DNA from: Candidatus Woesearchaeota archaeon
GTDB lineage: Archaea; Nanobdellota; Nanobdellia; Woesearchaeales; SKIA01
DNA length: 64,000 nt
Direction of reading: 5' to 3'
Assembly (NCBI GenBank): GCA_043771635.1
Contig: JAYVHA010000017.1
Span: 36,761-100,760, forward strand
The notes under the pieces are model-generated. The model did not search any database. It saw nothing but the letters and a program-made list of their open reading frames with translations, and had not been told where the DNA came from. Of this stretch, positions 52,851 to 61,768 are shown in pieces; the stretch's first letter is position 1; every line of letters starts with the position of its first letter. The position numbers and the translations under genes were made by a program.

Positions 52851-53080
52851 TTGATTTTCATTTTCTTCTCCAATTCTGTGTTACAATATGCGCCAGTAAT
52901 TGGCCGGATCAGGACTCTCAGTAAGAGCTTCTACAACGTCAACAACCGAGAACCACCATTCGTTCTCGTGCCATACGCGGCGGATGTTACTGTCCTGAAA
53001 TACTGCGAGCGCGTGTTCTTCTAGGGTCGTGTAGTACGAGGTGCTGGCTGCTTCATATGCATTTTGCGCGCGTGACCAGT

Positions 53081-53111
53081 GGAATTCCCGGTTTAAATGC
53101 TGGTGGCGTCG
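53081..53111 (+). repeat. Degenerate direct copy of the last 31 nt of tRNA-Ser (possible att remnant)
   Basis: ggaattcccggtttaaatgctggtggcgtcg matches tRNA positions 52464-52494 (ggatttcccggttcaaatccgggtcgcggcg) at 25 of 31 positions, ungapped and in the same orientation. Confidence 0.5.
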
Positions 53112-53566
53112 TATTTCGATTTCAATATCTCTCTATAGCATTCTATTGACTGAGGAGTTAAGTCGCCAATGATGACTCTAATGTTTGCCACAAACACTTC
53201 TGAATTCTCGATGAGTTCTGCTGATTCTTCTGCGACTGCTTTTGCATTAGTGATAAAGTACTGCTTCTCAATTCGCTCCCGCTTTGCACTTTGAAGCATA
53301 AGCGATAGGCTGGGGCTGGAAAATAACTCTCGAAGTAATATGATTGTCAGCTTGTGTGATTCGCAGGAAATACCGCATGCTCGAAGCAGGCCTATGGTGC
53401 TACAGTACATACCGTAGTAGCTTTGCGATATTGCATTTTCATAGAGTTTTGCTTTATGGAGCAGAGTTGCGGCGCGACAACAGTTCTGCGCTTTGACTAG
53501 ATAATTGTAGGTGATGTCTAGTGAAGGTTCAGTCAGTGTTACTTGGTATTTTCGCAAACGCTCCAT
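53093..53566 (-). CDS. HEPN-domain protein (HepT-like toxin candidate)
   Basis: The helical 'AQNCCRAATLLHKAKLYENAISQSYYGMYCSTIGLLRACG...H' is a HEPN-like pattern, and it is paired with an adjacent MNT gene. The R-x4-6-H motif is not evident ('KRERIEKQY'). Confidence 0.6.
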   Translation of the reverse strand: MERLRKYQVTLTEPSLDITYNYLVKAQNCCRAATLLHKAKLYENAISQSYYGMYCSTIGLLRACGISCESHKLTIILLRELFSSPSLSLMLQSAKRERIEKQYFITNAKAVAEESAELIENSEVFVANIRVIIGDLTPQSIECYREILKSKYDATSI

Positions 53567-54083
53567 AATAGTGATCGTAACCTTGTATTATGATGTGTTT
53601 GCGCTTTATTTCTCTTGATAGAGGTTCGTCGGAAATTAGTCCTGTTTTTACGGAAAGTTTCGAGTTTATTGACGCTATTTTCTTCCGTATACTACTATCA
53701 TCCGTAAATATGTGTAGGTCGATGTCGCTTTTTTCCGTTGCCGTGCCTGTTGCATAGCTGCCGAATACGCATATCGGGACGTTTGTCATTGCCTGCAAAT
53801 CTTCGATAAGTGGTTCAAGCAGCGGGAATTTGGAAAGACACTTCCTCAATGCGTAAGTTTCTGCTGCAATAACGGCTGCGCGAGCTTGCGGTCCTGTTCG
53901 TAGTTTGTAAATTACATTTTTACCTTGTTGTTTTGACTGGATTATTTTTTGTTCAGTAAGTAATTTTAGCTCGCGTTGGACAGTTGTCAGTGGCCAATCT
54001 TTGGCAAGCGCGCGCCCATGACTTTGCTTTTGTGTTATTAGTAGTGTGATTTCATCAGCTATACTGATTCTAAAATGGTTCAC
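53529..54083 (-). CDS. Winged-helix plus minimal nucleotidyltransferase fusion (MntA-like antitoxin candidate)
   Basis: The N-terminal 'HGRALAKDWPLTTVQRELKLLTEQKII' is wHTH-like. 'VFGSYATGTATEKSDIDLHIFTDD' is the canonical GS-x-G-x-SD-x-D motif. The start is GTG. Confidence 0.75.
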   Translation of the reverse strand: MNHFRISIADEITLLITQKQSHGRALAKDWPLTTVQRELKLLTEQKIIQSKQQGKNVIYKLRTGPQARAAVIAAETYALRKCLSKFPLLEPLIEDLQAMTNVPICVFGSYATGTATEKSDIDLHIFTDDSSIRKKIASINSKLSVKTGLISDEPLSREIKRKHIIIQGYDHYYGAFAKIPSNTD

Positions 54084-54084
54084 A

Positions 54085-54102
54085 TGATTCAGAAATGAAT
54101 CA
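54085..54102. promoter_or_regulatory. Inverted repeat TGATTCA-gaaa-TGAATCA between the TATA box and the start of the MNT gene (operator candidate)
   Basis: The arms are perfect 7-nt repeats. A third TGATTC lies at 54065-54070, inside the 5' end of the CDS. Confidence 0.4.
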
Positions 54103-54105
54103 GTG

Positions 54106-54113
54106 TATATAAT
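54106..54113 (-). promoter_or_regulatory. TATA box for the MNT-HEPN unit
   Basis: 'TATATAAT' is centred 26.5 nt from the GTG start at 54083. Confidence 0.5.
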
Positions 54114-54308
54114 TCTATTCTTCTGAAAAAGTTAATTTGGTCTTTTGTAATTTACTATATAGAAAATAATAAGGCTTCAATTAAACAATTCTTCTTGTAT
54201 GGTGCTTGCGCTTATTTACTCCCCTTCAAAGTAACAACTAACTTCTTAAAGGCTTAATTTGATTTACTAGCTTAGGTGCGATTGCGCCTATCATACTGTG
54301 TACATACT

Positions 54309-55097
54309 ATGAAGTCAGACGCTCGCGCAAAACAACCACAATGGCTTGAGCACGTGCACTCCATCTTTCAGACATTGCTTGTTGTGTATTTAGTATTGCT
54401 ATTGGCTAATCAATTCAAGCCTTTGGTGTATCCGCTATATCTGAACATTCTTCTTGGCGTTGTGTTGGTGTTAGGTGCCATTTCTGTGTGGACTCGGCCG
54501 GAAACTGCGACGCATGAGCCTGCGCCGCGTATGCGCGACTATTTGTTAGTTTGGGCGCTTGGTATTATTGGTTCTGTCTTAGTGTTTTTGAAAACTGGTT
54601 CGCTTGGCTGGTTGCGTTATGTACTGACTGGTTTGTCTGGCGCTTTGATTGTACTTTTAGGGTATGTTGTGTACTCGCCTGAGCAGGAAGAGAAGCCGGT
54701 CTATTTGTCTTTAACTTGGCAGAAAGTGTTGATTGCATTAGTTGCTTTGTTAGTTGTTGCATTAGCGTTACTTCCGTGGCTTGGGTTTGCTTCGTTTAGA
54801 ATTGTGTTTGGCGCGGTGTTCGTGCTTTTTGTTCCTGGTTTGTCATTATCCTATGCGTTCTTTTCTGAAACTGAAATTGATGTTTTGGAGCGATTTGCGT
54901 TGTCATTTGCACTGTCCATTGCTGTTGTGCCGATTTTAGTGTTCTACTTGAATTTGATCGGGGTTAAAGTGTCAGTATTTAGTGTGCTGTTTGTTGTTTC
55001 GTTTGTAACGGTGCTAGGCTACTGGATTGCCCGGCGCAAACACGCAATTAGCTTTTTCTTCAAGCACAAGGGCTGGAGGACCATGAAGCTATGGTAA
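54309..55097 (+). CDS. Polytopic membrane protein, DUF1616-like
   Basis: It has multiple TM helices. 'FVLFVPGLSLSYAFF' resembles the DUF1616 'LPGYAL' segment. The alternative GTG start is at 54276. Confidence 0.55.
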   Translation: MKSDARAKQPQWLEHVHSIFQTLLVVYLVLLLANQFKPLVYPLYLNILLGVVLVLGAISVWTRPETATHEPAPRMRDYLLVWALGIIGSVLVFLKTGSLGWLRYVLTGLSGALIVLLGYVVYSPEQEEKPVYLSLTWQKVLIALVALLVVALALLPWLGFASFRIVFGAVFVLFVPGLSLSYAFFSETEIDVLERFALSFALSIAVVPILVFYLNLIGVKVSVFSVLFVVSFVTVLGYWIARRKHAISFFFKHKGWRTMKLW

Positions 55098-56038
55098 AAC
55101 TCGTCATTAACATTCCTTGTTTTAATGAAGAAGGAACGTTGCCTTTGGTGCTGTCGTCTTTGCCGACTTCTTTGCCTGGTGTGTCTGTTATTGAAGTGCA
55201 GATCGTTGATGACGGGTCAACGGACGGCACTGTTGCTGTTGCTACGTCGTTTGGGGTGGATCGCATAATACGGCACAAGAAGAACTTAAGGTTAGGTGTT
55301 TCGTTTAAGGACGGCGTTGACGCGGCTTTAGCAGCTGGGGCCGACATTATGGTGAACATGGACGGCGATAACGCGTTTCCGGCAGACAAAATTGGGTTGT
55401 TGATATCACCAATATTATCTGGTCGGGCGGACATTTCCGTTGGTAATAGAACTCCATGGATGGTTCCGCACTTTTCTTTAATGAAAAGATTCTTTCAGTA
55501 CTTTGGGAACATGTTGATTCGCTCTATTGCAGATACGGGCGTGCCTGACATGGTTTGCGGTTTCAGAGCGTATTCTAGGGACGCAATGCTTAGGTTGAAC
55601 GTTACTACCAAATTTTCGTATGTTTTGGACGTTATTGTACAAGCTTCGCGAAAAGGAATGGTTATTGCGTCAGTTCCAATTGAAAGTCGCGTTGCAACTA
55701 GGCCTTCGCGGTTGTTTAAGAATATCTTTGAGCACATGTACAAAAGTGGTGTTAATATTGTACGATTATTTGTTTTATATCAACCATTTAAGACATTCTT
55801 GTACTTGTCTTTAGTATTTTTAATCCCTGCGTCTGTGTTAATTACACGTTTTATGATATTGCGATTCCACTTTGACTATCCAGGAAGCTTATTTTTATCC
55901 TTAATACTCGCCGCCGTCTTGCTTATCCTTGGCGGCTTAATGCTCACGCTCGGCGCACTGGCTGAACTCACCGCTCTAAACCGCAGGCTCTCGGAGGAGC
56001 AACTCTACTTGGCTCGCAAGTACCACTACGACGGATGA
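55091..56038 (+). CDS. GT2 glycosyltransferase (dolichyl-phosphate sugar synthase-like) with C-terminal TM helices
   Basis: 'VINIPCFNEEGTLP', 'QIVDDGSTDGT' and 'NMDGDN' (DxD) are present, followed by two C-terminal hydrophobic helices. Confidence 0.85.
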   Translation: MVKLVINIPCFNEEGTLPLVLSSLPTSLPGVSVIEVQIVDDGSTDGTVAVATSFGVDRIIRHKKNLRLGVSFKDGVDAALAAGADIMVNMDGDNAFPADKIGLLISPILSGRADISVGNRTPWMVPHFSLMKRFFQYFGNMLIRSIADTGVPDMVCGFRAYSRDAMLRLNVTTKFSYVLDVIVQASRKGMVIASVPIESRVATRPSRLFKNIFEHMYKSGVNIVRLFVLYQPFKTFLYLSLVFLIPASVLITRFMILRFHFDYPGSLFLSLILAAVLLILGGLMLTLGALAELTALNRRLSEEQLYLARKYHYDG

Positions 56039-57135
56039 AAACCATAACTATGATCAGTACATTGCCGCCTGTGAAGGGCATAAGCCCGTACACGCAGGAG
56101 CTTTGTACGGAACTTGCGAAGCATGTGAAAATAGACTTCATCGGATTCAAGCAAATCTATCCTGAATTTCTTTATCCTGGTGGAACTCGTATTCCTGGGG
56201 CAAAAGCGCCGCGCATCAAGAATTTGACAAATCGTTCTTTCTTAACTTGGTATAATCCATTTACGTGGATTTGGGCGGGAATGACGTCCAAAGGCGATGT
56301 CGTACACGCTCAATGGTGGGCTTGGCCCCTCGCGCCAATGTATTGTACTATACTTGCAATCGCCAAACTTCGCGGCAAGAAAATTGTTATGACTGTTCAC
56401 AACGTTAGAATGCATGAAACACACATATTAGCTAGAGCAGCTAATTGGTTGGTAATACGTGTAGCTGACTCGTATATTGTTCACTCCGCGGCAAACAAAA
56501 CGGCTTTTTCGGAAGATACAGGTATCTCAAGTAACGTGGCTGTAGTTCCATTAGGAATTGAGCCTCTGCGTTTGCTGCCTCGCCGTGTTGACTATCGGGC
56601 CAAATACGGGATTAGTAGTAGCGATAAAGTATTGTTGTTTTATGGTAATATTCGTGATTACAAAGGTTTAGATGTTCTAATAAAGAGTCTTAAGAAACTA
56701 CCCGAATATAAACTACTCGTCGCAGGTCAGTGTTGGGGTGGATTTGATTCTTATCGAGATCTAGCAAATCGTTACAAGGTTAATGAACGAATAATTACTC
56801 ATCTAGGATATCAATCCAACAAAAAAATGGCTGAGCTAATACATCTGGCTGACGTGGCTGTATTTCCATACAAATTTTTTGATGCAGCTAGCGCTGCCGC
56901 TACTACTGCTTTACAACATAGAAAGGCAATAGTAGTTACTAATTTGGGAAGCATGTCTGAACTTGTTAGTGATTCTAATGCAATAGCAAAACCGAATTCT
57001 GCGAAAGACCTTGCGCGAGCAATATTGTATGCTTATAGTAATAAACAAAAATTAGAAAATGAATCAGGGGAATTATCTGCCAGTCTGCAGTGGAGTATTA
57101 TAGCGCCTCGCGTAGTTGAGGTGTACAATGCCTAA
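56035..57135 (+). CDS. GT4 glycosyltransferase
   Basis: 'LLFYGNIRDYKGLDVLI' and 'ADVAVFPYKFFDAASAAATTAL' fit a glycos_transf_1-like C-terminal half. There is a 4-nt overlap with the upstream gene. Confidence 0.75.
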   Translation: MKTITMISTLPPVKGISPYTQELCTELAKHVKIDFIGFKQIYPEFLYPGGTRIPGAKAPRIKNLTNRSFLTWYNPFTWIWAGMTSKGDVVHAQWWAWPLAPMYCTILAIAKLRGKKIVMTVHNVRMHETHILARAANWLVIRVADSYIVHSAANKTAFSEDTGISSNVAVVPLGIEPLRLLPRRVDYRAKYGISSSDKVLLFYGNIRDYKGLDVLIKSLKKLPEYKLLVAGQCWGGFDSYRDLANRYKVNERIITHLGYQSNKKMAELIHLADVAVFPYKFFDAASAAATTALQHRKAIVVTNLGSMSELVSDSNAIAKPNSAKDLARAILYAYSNKQKLENESGELSASLQWSIIAPRVVEVYNA

Positions 57136-58096
57136 GTGTACCGTAGCAAACATATATGATTCAAAATCCTATGGTGTGTCACACTATGTTGGTGAGCTTA
57201 CTGCTGCTCTTAACAAGCACAGTGTATTTAATGCTGTGAAAATTTCTAGACTGTTCATCTATAACCGATATCATGTTAAGGTTTACCATTATTCAAATTC
57301 AACCAGATCAGTACTTATTGATATTGTATTATCTCCAGGTAAAAAAGTTGTAGTAGTTCATGATGTTTTACCACGTAGTAAACTATTGCAATTGTTTGCC
57401 TATTATGGCTATAGGTTGATAAACCTAAGAAAACCGCTATTCATAGTCCATACAAAGAATGCTCTAAGTCTATTCTGCGCTACAGCGCCGTTTATAGATA
57501 CAAATCGAATATATGTCATTCCACACGGGACCACTATCCCTACTGTTAATTTACACGACAGGTCCTCAGCACGTAAAAAATTCGAGATTTCTAAATCAAC
57601 TACGGTGTTGTTGATGGTGGGAGGAATTTCTCGTGCTAGAGGTCAGATAGAGTTCTTGCGAAGTTACCGGGACAATTCGCCTGATAATGCCTATCTTTTG
57701 ATTGCGGGAGCAATTTCTGACCCGTCTGTTTTGAGTATGATAAATCAAATTTCTAATTGTAAATATTTTGGATTTGTGTCACCTGAAATTCTAAAAGAAC
57801 TGTATTTATGTGCTGATGTGCTAGTGTCATATAGAACGTCCTCTGTAGGCGAAAGTAGTGGCCCGATAGCTACGGGACTAGGATATGGCCTCCCTGTAAT
57901 AACATCGGTGGTGACTCCATTTGCTGACATGGTCGGGGAGGCGGGAATTAAATATGATATTAAAAATGACTCGCTTCAAGCTGTCATTAACTCTATAGCT
58001 GCAAATTATGCGAGTCTGAGCAAGGCTGCAATTGTCGCTGCTCAAAATTCATCTTGGGAAACGGTAGCTGGCAAGTTTGAGGTCCTGTTGGTATGA
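57128..58096 (+). CDS. GT4-like glycosyltransferase
   Basis: 'VLLMVGGISRARGQIEFL' and 'ADVLVSYRTSSVGESSGPIATGLGYGLPVI' are present. The ATG at 57128 overlaps the upstream stop by 8 nt (ATGCCTAA). Confidence 0.65.
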   Translation: MPKCTVANIYDSKSYGVSHYVGELTAALNKHSVFNAVKISRLFIYNRYHVKVYHYSNSTRSVLIDIVLSPGKKVVVVHDVLPRSKLLQLFAYYGYRLINLRKPLFIVHTKNALSLFCATAPFIDTNRIYVIPHGTTIPTVNLHDRSSARKKFEISKSTTVLLMVGGISRARGQIEFLRSYRDNSPDNAYLLIAGAISDPSVLSMINQISNCKYFGFVSPEILKELYLCADVLVSYRTSSVGESSGPIATGLGYGLPVITSVVTPFADMVGEAGIKYDIKNDSLQAVINSIAANYASLSKAAIVAAQNSSWETVAGKFEVLLV

Positions 58097-59601
58097 GGTT
58101 TAATTACTTTTTAGTTTGTTTAATCTCCTTGGCTTTGTTTAGCGGGGTATATTACTCGCCATATATCGTACATCAATACAAGTATTTAGTTGGATTTGAT
58201 GTCGGGTACTACGTATACAAATCGATGACACAAACGTTCTCGTTTTGGGATGATCCTTTGTTTTTTAGTTCGGTTGCATCTTTAAGTTCAATTAGTGGGG
58301 TTGACGCGCTAGAAATATTTTGGGCATTGCCCGTATTTTTTGCAGCAGCGATACTATCTCTTTCGGTGTTGATTCTACGTAATAGATTTGGTTTGGATTT
58401 ACGAAAATCTATTTTGATTGTTGTTCTACTTACATCTTTCTCCTTGTTATTCAAAGGACTTTATCAGGCATATTACAAACAAATATTTGCTACTGTACTG
58501 TTAATGTACTATTTAGACTGTCTGGATAGAATAAGTAGTAGTTATGCGCGGTCAGTGCTGTGCGCCGTAATATTTTCAGGTATTTTCCTATCGCACAAAG
58601 GTGTGGCTCTTATTGCATTTTTACTTACGGTATTCGTTTACATTAAATTACATTTGAGGAGAGCTACTGTGACTGGCAGAGTAGTTCTATTTGGACTTGT
58701 TGTATTTGTAATTATTGGTCCTTACGTTCTTCCATTATTGGGCAAATATTCTGCTGTGCTTTTAGATTCAATAAACTACTCTTGGTCCGCTATTAGCGCA
58801 TCGGGGACGGATCGTCTGGTTGCAGGGCGAAGTTTAGTATCTGACGTAGATTCTGTAAACCCATTTATTGATTTAGTCAGTTTCATTCCACTGATTTCTG
58901 TTCTGGCATTGTTGGGATTATTTTCAATTACTTTACGTAGTAGAAATGATTTTAGTGCCTCTTTCTTTGCGGTAGTTATATTGTCTGCGTGGTTGCTTGC
59001 CGGAGCAAATTTTTCAAACCGCTTCGCGTTTAATTTGGGTTTTATTTTGATATTATTTGCGACATATTTCTTATCAACTTGGAATTGGAATAGACGTGTC
59101 GCTCTACTGTGTAATTCTATGATCTTGATTGTTTTATTAGTATCGGCAATACCATTTTCAATGACTCAGAAGCCGTACTTAATAAAAAATACTTCAGGTA
59201 TGGAGTATGTTCAAGCGTCCATCCCCCAGGATTCCGCTTATATATTTGCTTCAGATTATTTGATGGTAACTCTAGGTCAATTGGGATATTTGAGTCCTCT
59301 AACTGATTCCCAAGTTATTGCTGATGCGCAAACAGGTTCTGAGGAAGGCGGGCTTAATTTAAGTCAGTCGGATGATTTTCTAATTACTGGTCATACCAAT
59401 TTGTCGCTATTGCAGTCCACTGACTTTGGAAATCGCACAGTTTACGTTATGTTTGGTTCTTGGGAGACGTCTAAGGGATTACCGCGTTCGAGTATTTCTG
59501 GTAATGTTGATGTGGTTATGTGGGATAATTCCCTTCATTATGAAAAAATGTATTCTGGGTCGAACGAACTTATTAGAATATATCGGTGGAGGGGATATTA
59601 G
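58093..59601 (+). CDS. Polytopic (more than 10 TM) membrane protein with a C-terminal soluble domain. It is a candidate glycan polymerase or GT-C-type enzyme.
   Basis: The first ~370 residues have a strongly hydrophobic, AT-rich codon composition. There is no WWDYG (AglB) motif. Confidence 0.55.
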   Translation: MRFNYFLVCLISLALFSGVYYSPYIVHQYKYLVGFDVGYYVYKSMTQTFSFWDDPLFFSSVASLSSISGVDALEIFWALPVFFAAAILSLSVLILRNRFGLDLRKSILIVVLLTSFSLLFKGLYQAYYKQIFATVLLMYYLDCLDRISSSYARSVLCAVIFSGIFLSHKGVALIAFLLTVFVYIKLHLRRATVTGRVVLFGLVVFVIIGPYVLPLLGKYSAVLLDSINYSWSAISASGTDRLVAGRSLVSDVDSVNPFIDLVSFIPLISVLALLGLFSITLRSRNDFSASFFAVVILSAWLLAGANFSNRFAFNLGFILILFATYFLSTWNWNRRVALLCNSMILIVLLVSAIPFSMTQKPYLIKNTSGMEYVQASIPQDSAYIFASDYLMVTLGQLGYLSPLTDSQVIADAQTGSEEGGLNLSQSDDFLITGHTNLSLLQSTDFGNRTVYVMFGSWETSKGLPRSSISGNVDVVMWDNSLHYEKMYSGSNELIRIYRWRGY

Positions 59602-60803
59602 TGGATCCGCAAAAAGAATCACTCAGGATTCTACTAGTAAACGATTATGTATCAAAAGTCGGTGGTGCAGAAATTTATTTGTATTTACTTAAAGATGAAT
59701 TTGAATCGAGAGGACACACCGTTCGGATTATAGCTGGACACTCTGAGAATATACAGAGTTGGTTTTCCAGATGGTTTAGTCCACGATACTTCAATAAAAC
59801 GAGATCTGTAATCAAAGAATTTAAACCTGATGTCTTGCATGCTCAGAATATTTTTCGTTGCATCTCGCCATCACCTATACTCGCAGCAAACCTTGCAAAT
59901 ATTCCTGTTATACTTACTATGCACGATTATGGATTATATTGTTCGCAGGGATGGGCTATTCAAAACAATCTAACTAAATGCAGCGGCTATTCCCTTAGAT
60001 GTATATTTAATTGCAAAGGTAAGTTTAGAGGTTTACTGAATTTTCCTTTGGCAGTTATCAAGCACATTCGTGTTGGTGTTCATCGTCAACTTATTACTTG
60101 GCTCTCGCCGAGAATAATTTGTGTTTCAACCGGGCTTACATTTGATTTAAAAAAATCTATGCCTGCGTTACGATCAAGAATTTCGTATATGGCTCCTCCC
60201 GTCAAATTCATGGCGCAAACTAAAAATGAAAATAAATCATCTGGTGCATTTCTGTATGTGGGTCGTCTAGAAGAAGGGAAAGGCATTGAGTTAATACTAT
60301 TAGCTATTAACGAGCTATTGCATCATCAAGGAATTTCTATTCGTCTAACTATTATTGGTAGTGGAATATATCGAGAACATCTTGAAAGGATGTCCAAATC
60401 ACTTAACATAACTTCAAATATTTTGTTTCTTGGTCACCTAAATCATCAGGAGATTAACTACCACTATACAAAATCCACTTGCGTCATATCTGCGAGTGTT
60501 TGGCAGGAGTCGTTAGGACTTGCGTTAATAGAGGCACAAAGCGTTGGCGTTCCTGTAATAGCGTCAGATGCAGGCGGAGTACGCGATATAATTATAGACA
60601 ATTACACTGGTATGTTATTTCCTGTTGGAAATTGGCGGCGATTAAGTGAATGTATGGCTAAGATTGCATTGAATCCTGCTTTAGGCGTGCGGCTTGGTGT
60701 TGCTGGAAGGCAACATGTTCTCGACCATTTTTCTAAAGCTGAAGGTATTTCCCGGTTACTCGATCTATACCAGTTTGAGTCGGCAGGTAGAAGTAACACA
60801 TGA
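59586..60803 (+). CDS. GT4 glycosyltransferase
   Basis: 'LRILLVNDYVSKVGGAEIYL' is at the N-terminus. 'ISASVWQESLGLALIEAQSVGVPVIASDAGG' is the E-x7-E motif. The start is GTG at 59586 or 59601. Confidence 0.85.
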   Translation: MEGILVDPQKESLRILLVNDYVSKVGGAEIYLYLLKDEFESRGHTVRIIAGHSENIQSWFSRWFSPRYFNKTRSVIKEFKPDVLHAQNIFRCISPSPILAANLANIPVILTMHDYGLYCSQGWAIQNNLTKCSGYSLRCIFNCKGKFRGLLNFPLAVIKHIRVGVHRQLITWLSPRIICVSTGLTFDLKKSMPALRSRISYMAPPVKFMAQTKNENKSSGAFLYVGRLEEGKGIELILLAINELLHHQGISIRLTIIGSGIYREHLERMSKSLNITSNILFLGHLNHQEINYHYTKSTCVISASVWQESLGLALIEAQSVGVPVIASDAGGVRDIIIDNYTGMLFPVGNWRRLSECMAKIALNPALGVRLGVAGRQHVLDHFSKAEGISRLLDLYQFESAGRSNT

Positions 60804-61768
60804 GCTCTCAGTCGTTCTGGCGGCGCATTTTTGTCTATTGTGTTCTATTATCGGCATTAATTGGCTGTATATATTTGATACTAACTAATTATGAAAAATA
60901 CTATTTACTTTTGCATACCAATTTTTTAATATTAATCTTAATTTGTATTGGTGTCATTCTAAGTTATCTTACAGTTGCAGTTATTTCAAAAATTATGCTT
61001 ACTCCTTTAGGAATTAAACTTCCTTTTGTGGACTCACTACTTATAACTGGCGTAACTGCTTTCTATAATCTGATAACGCCATTTAAAGGAGGTATGGCTG
61101 TACGTGCCTTATACTTGAAGAAGAAATATGATTTTGCATATACTGATTTTATTGCTACTTTGGCAGCCAGCTATATTATAATTTTTTTGGTCGCAGGACT
61201 TACTGGATTAGCTTCTAGTTGGTGGATATACAATCAGACTGGGCAGTTTAGTTATTTAGTTATGTTGATTTTTGCAGGAGCCACTGCATCTATGTTCGCC
61301 ATAGTTGTAATTGCTCCTAAGTTTGTCGAGCCGAAGAATCGTTGGATTGGTAAATTTGTACGTGTGATAAATGGCTGGCATCTTATAAGAAAAAATAAGC
61401 GATTGGTATATAGTATTGGTATAATCTCTGTCATCCAGTTGCTAATTGCGTCAATGATGCTTGTTCTACAGTTTCGCACTTTAGGTTATAATTTAAGTAT
61501 TTCACAAGGGCTTTTTATTTCATCTGTGGGTTCTTTGTCAGTTTTAATAGCAGTTACTCCTGCGGGTTTAGGCATCAATGAAGCCGTTACTGTATTTTCT
61601 GCTGCTGCAATAGGTATTACATCAGAGCAGTCGCTAGCTGCTGCACTACTAGGCAGAATTGTATCGGTTGTTGTGCTATTTATCCTCGGTCCAATTTGCA
61701 CGTATTTGCTTTTGAAAAAAGAACCAGCAGTTAAGAAAGAATTAGCAAAACAAAAGAAGAAGCGTTAG
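60800..61768 (+). CDS. Eight-TM membrane protein, UPF0104 / lysyl-PG-synthase-TM-like (flippase candidate)
   Basis: The topology and 'PFKGGMAVRALYLKKKY' resemble this family. The assignment is tentative. There is a 4-nt overlap with the upstream gene. Confidence 0.5.
   Translation: MSSQSFWRRIFVYCVLLSALIGCIYLILTNYEKYYLLLHTNFLILILICIGVILSYLTVAVISKIMLTPLGIKLPFVDSLLITGVTAFYNLITPFKGGMAVRALYLKKKYDFAYTDFIATLAASYIIIFLVAGLTGLASSWWIYNQTGQFSYLVMLIFAGATASMFAIVVIAPKFVEPKNRWIGKFVRVINGWHLIRKNKRLVYSIGIISVIQLLIASMMLVLQFRTLGYNLSISQGLFISSVGSLSVLIAVTPAGLGINEAVTVFSAAAIGITSEQSLAAALLGRIVSVVVLFILGPICTYLLLKKEPAVKKELAKQKKKR

Noticed and set aside
52721-52861. 46-aa highly basic minus-strand ORF (MKINPLQIVTGSNCRQRTASYGRRTKLTLKACYLKTKLSCTQIAYN) within the dyad-rich segment
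   Set aside because: There is no TATA or SD site at the right distance, and it overlaps the dyad repeats, which more plausibly act at the nucleic-acid level. I kept it only as a note under the ORF-free segment finding.
52495-53080. Replication origin (ORB-like dyads)
   Set aside because: The region is not notably AT-rich and has no adjacent canonical orc1/cdc6. The Cdc6-like gene at 20504 is 32 kb away and degenerate. The dyads do not resemble the ORB consensus I know.
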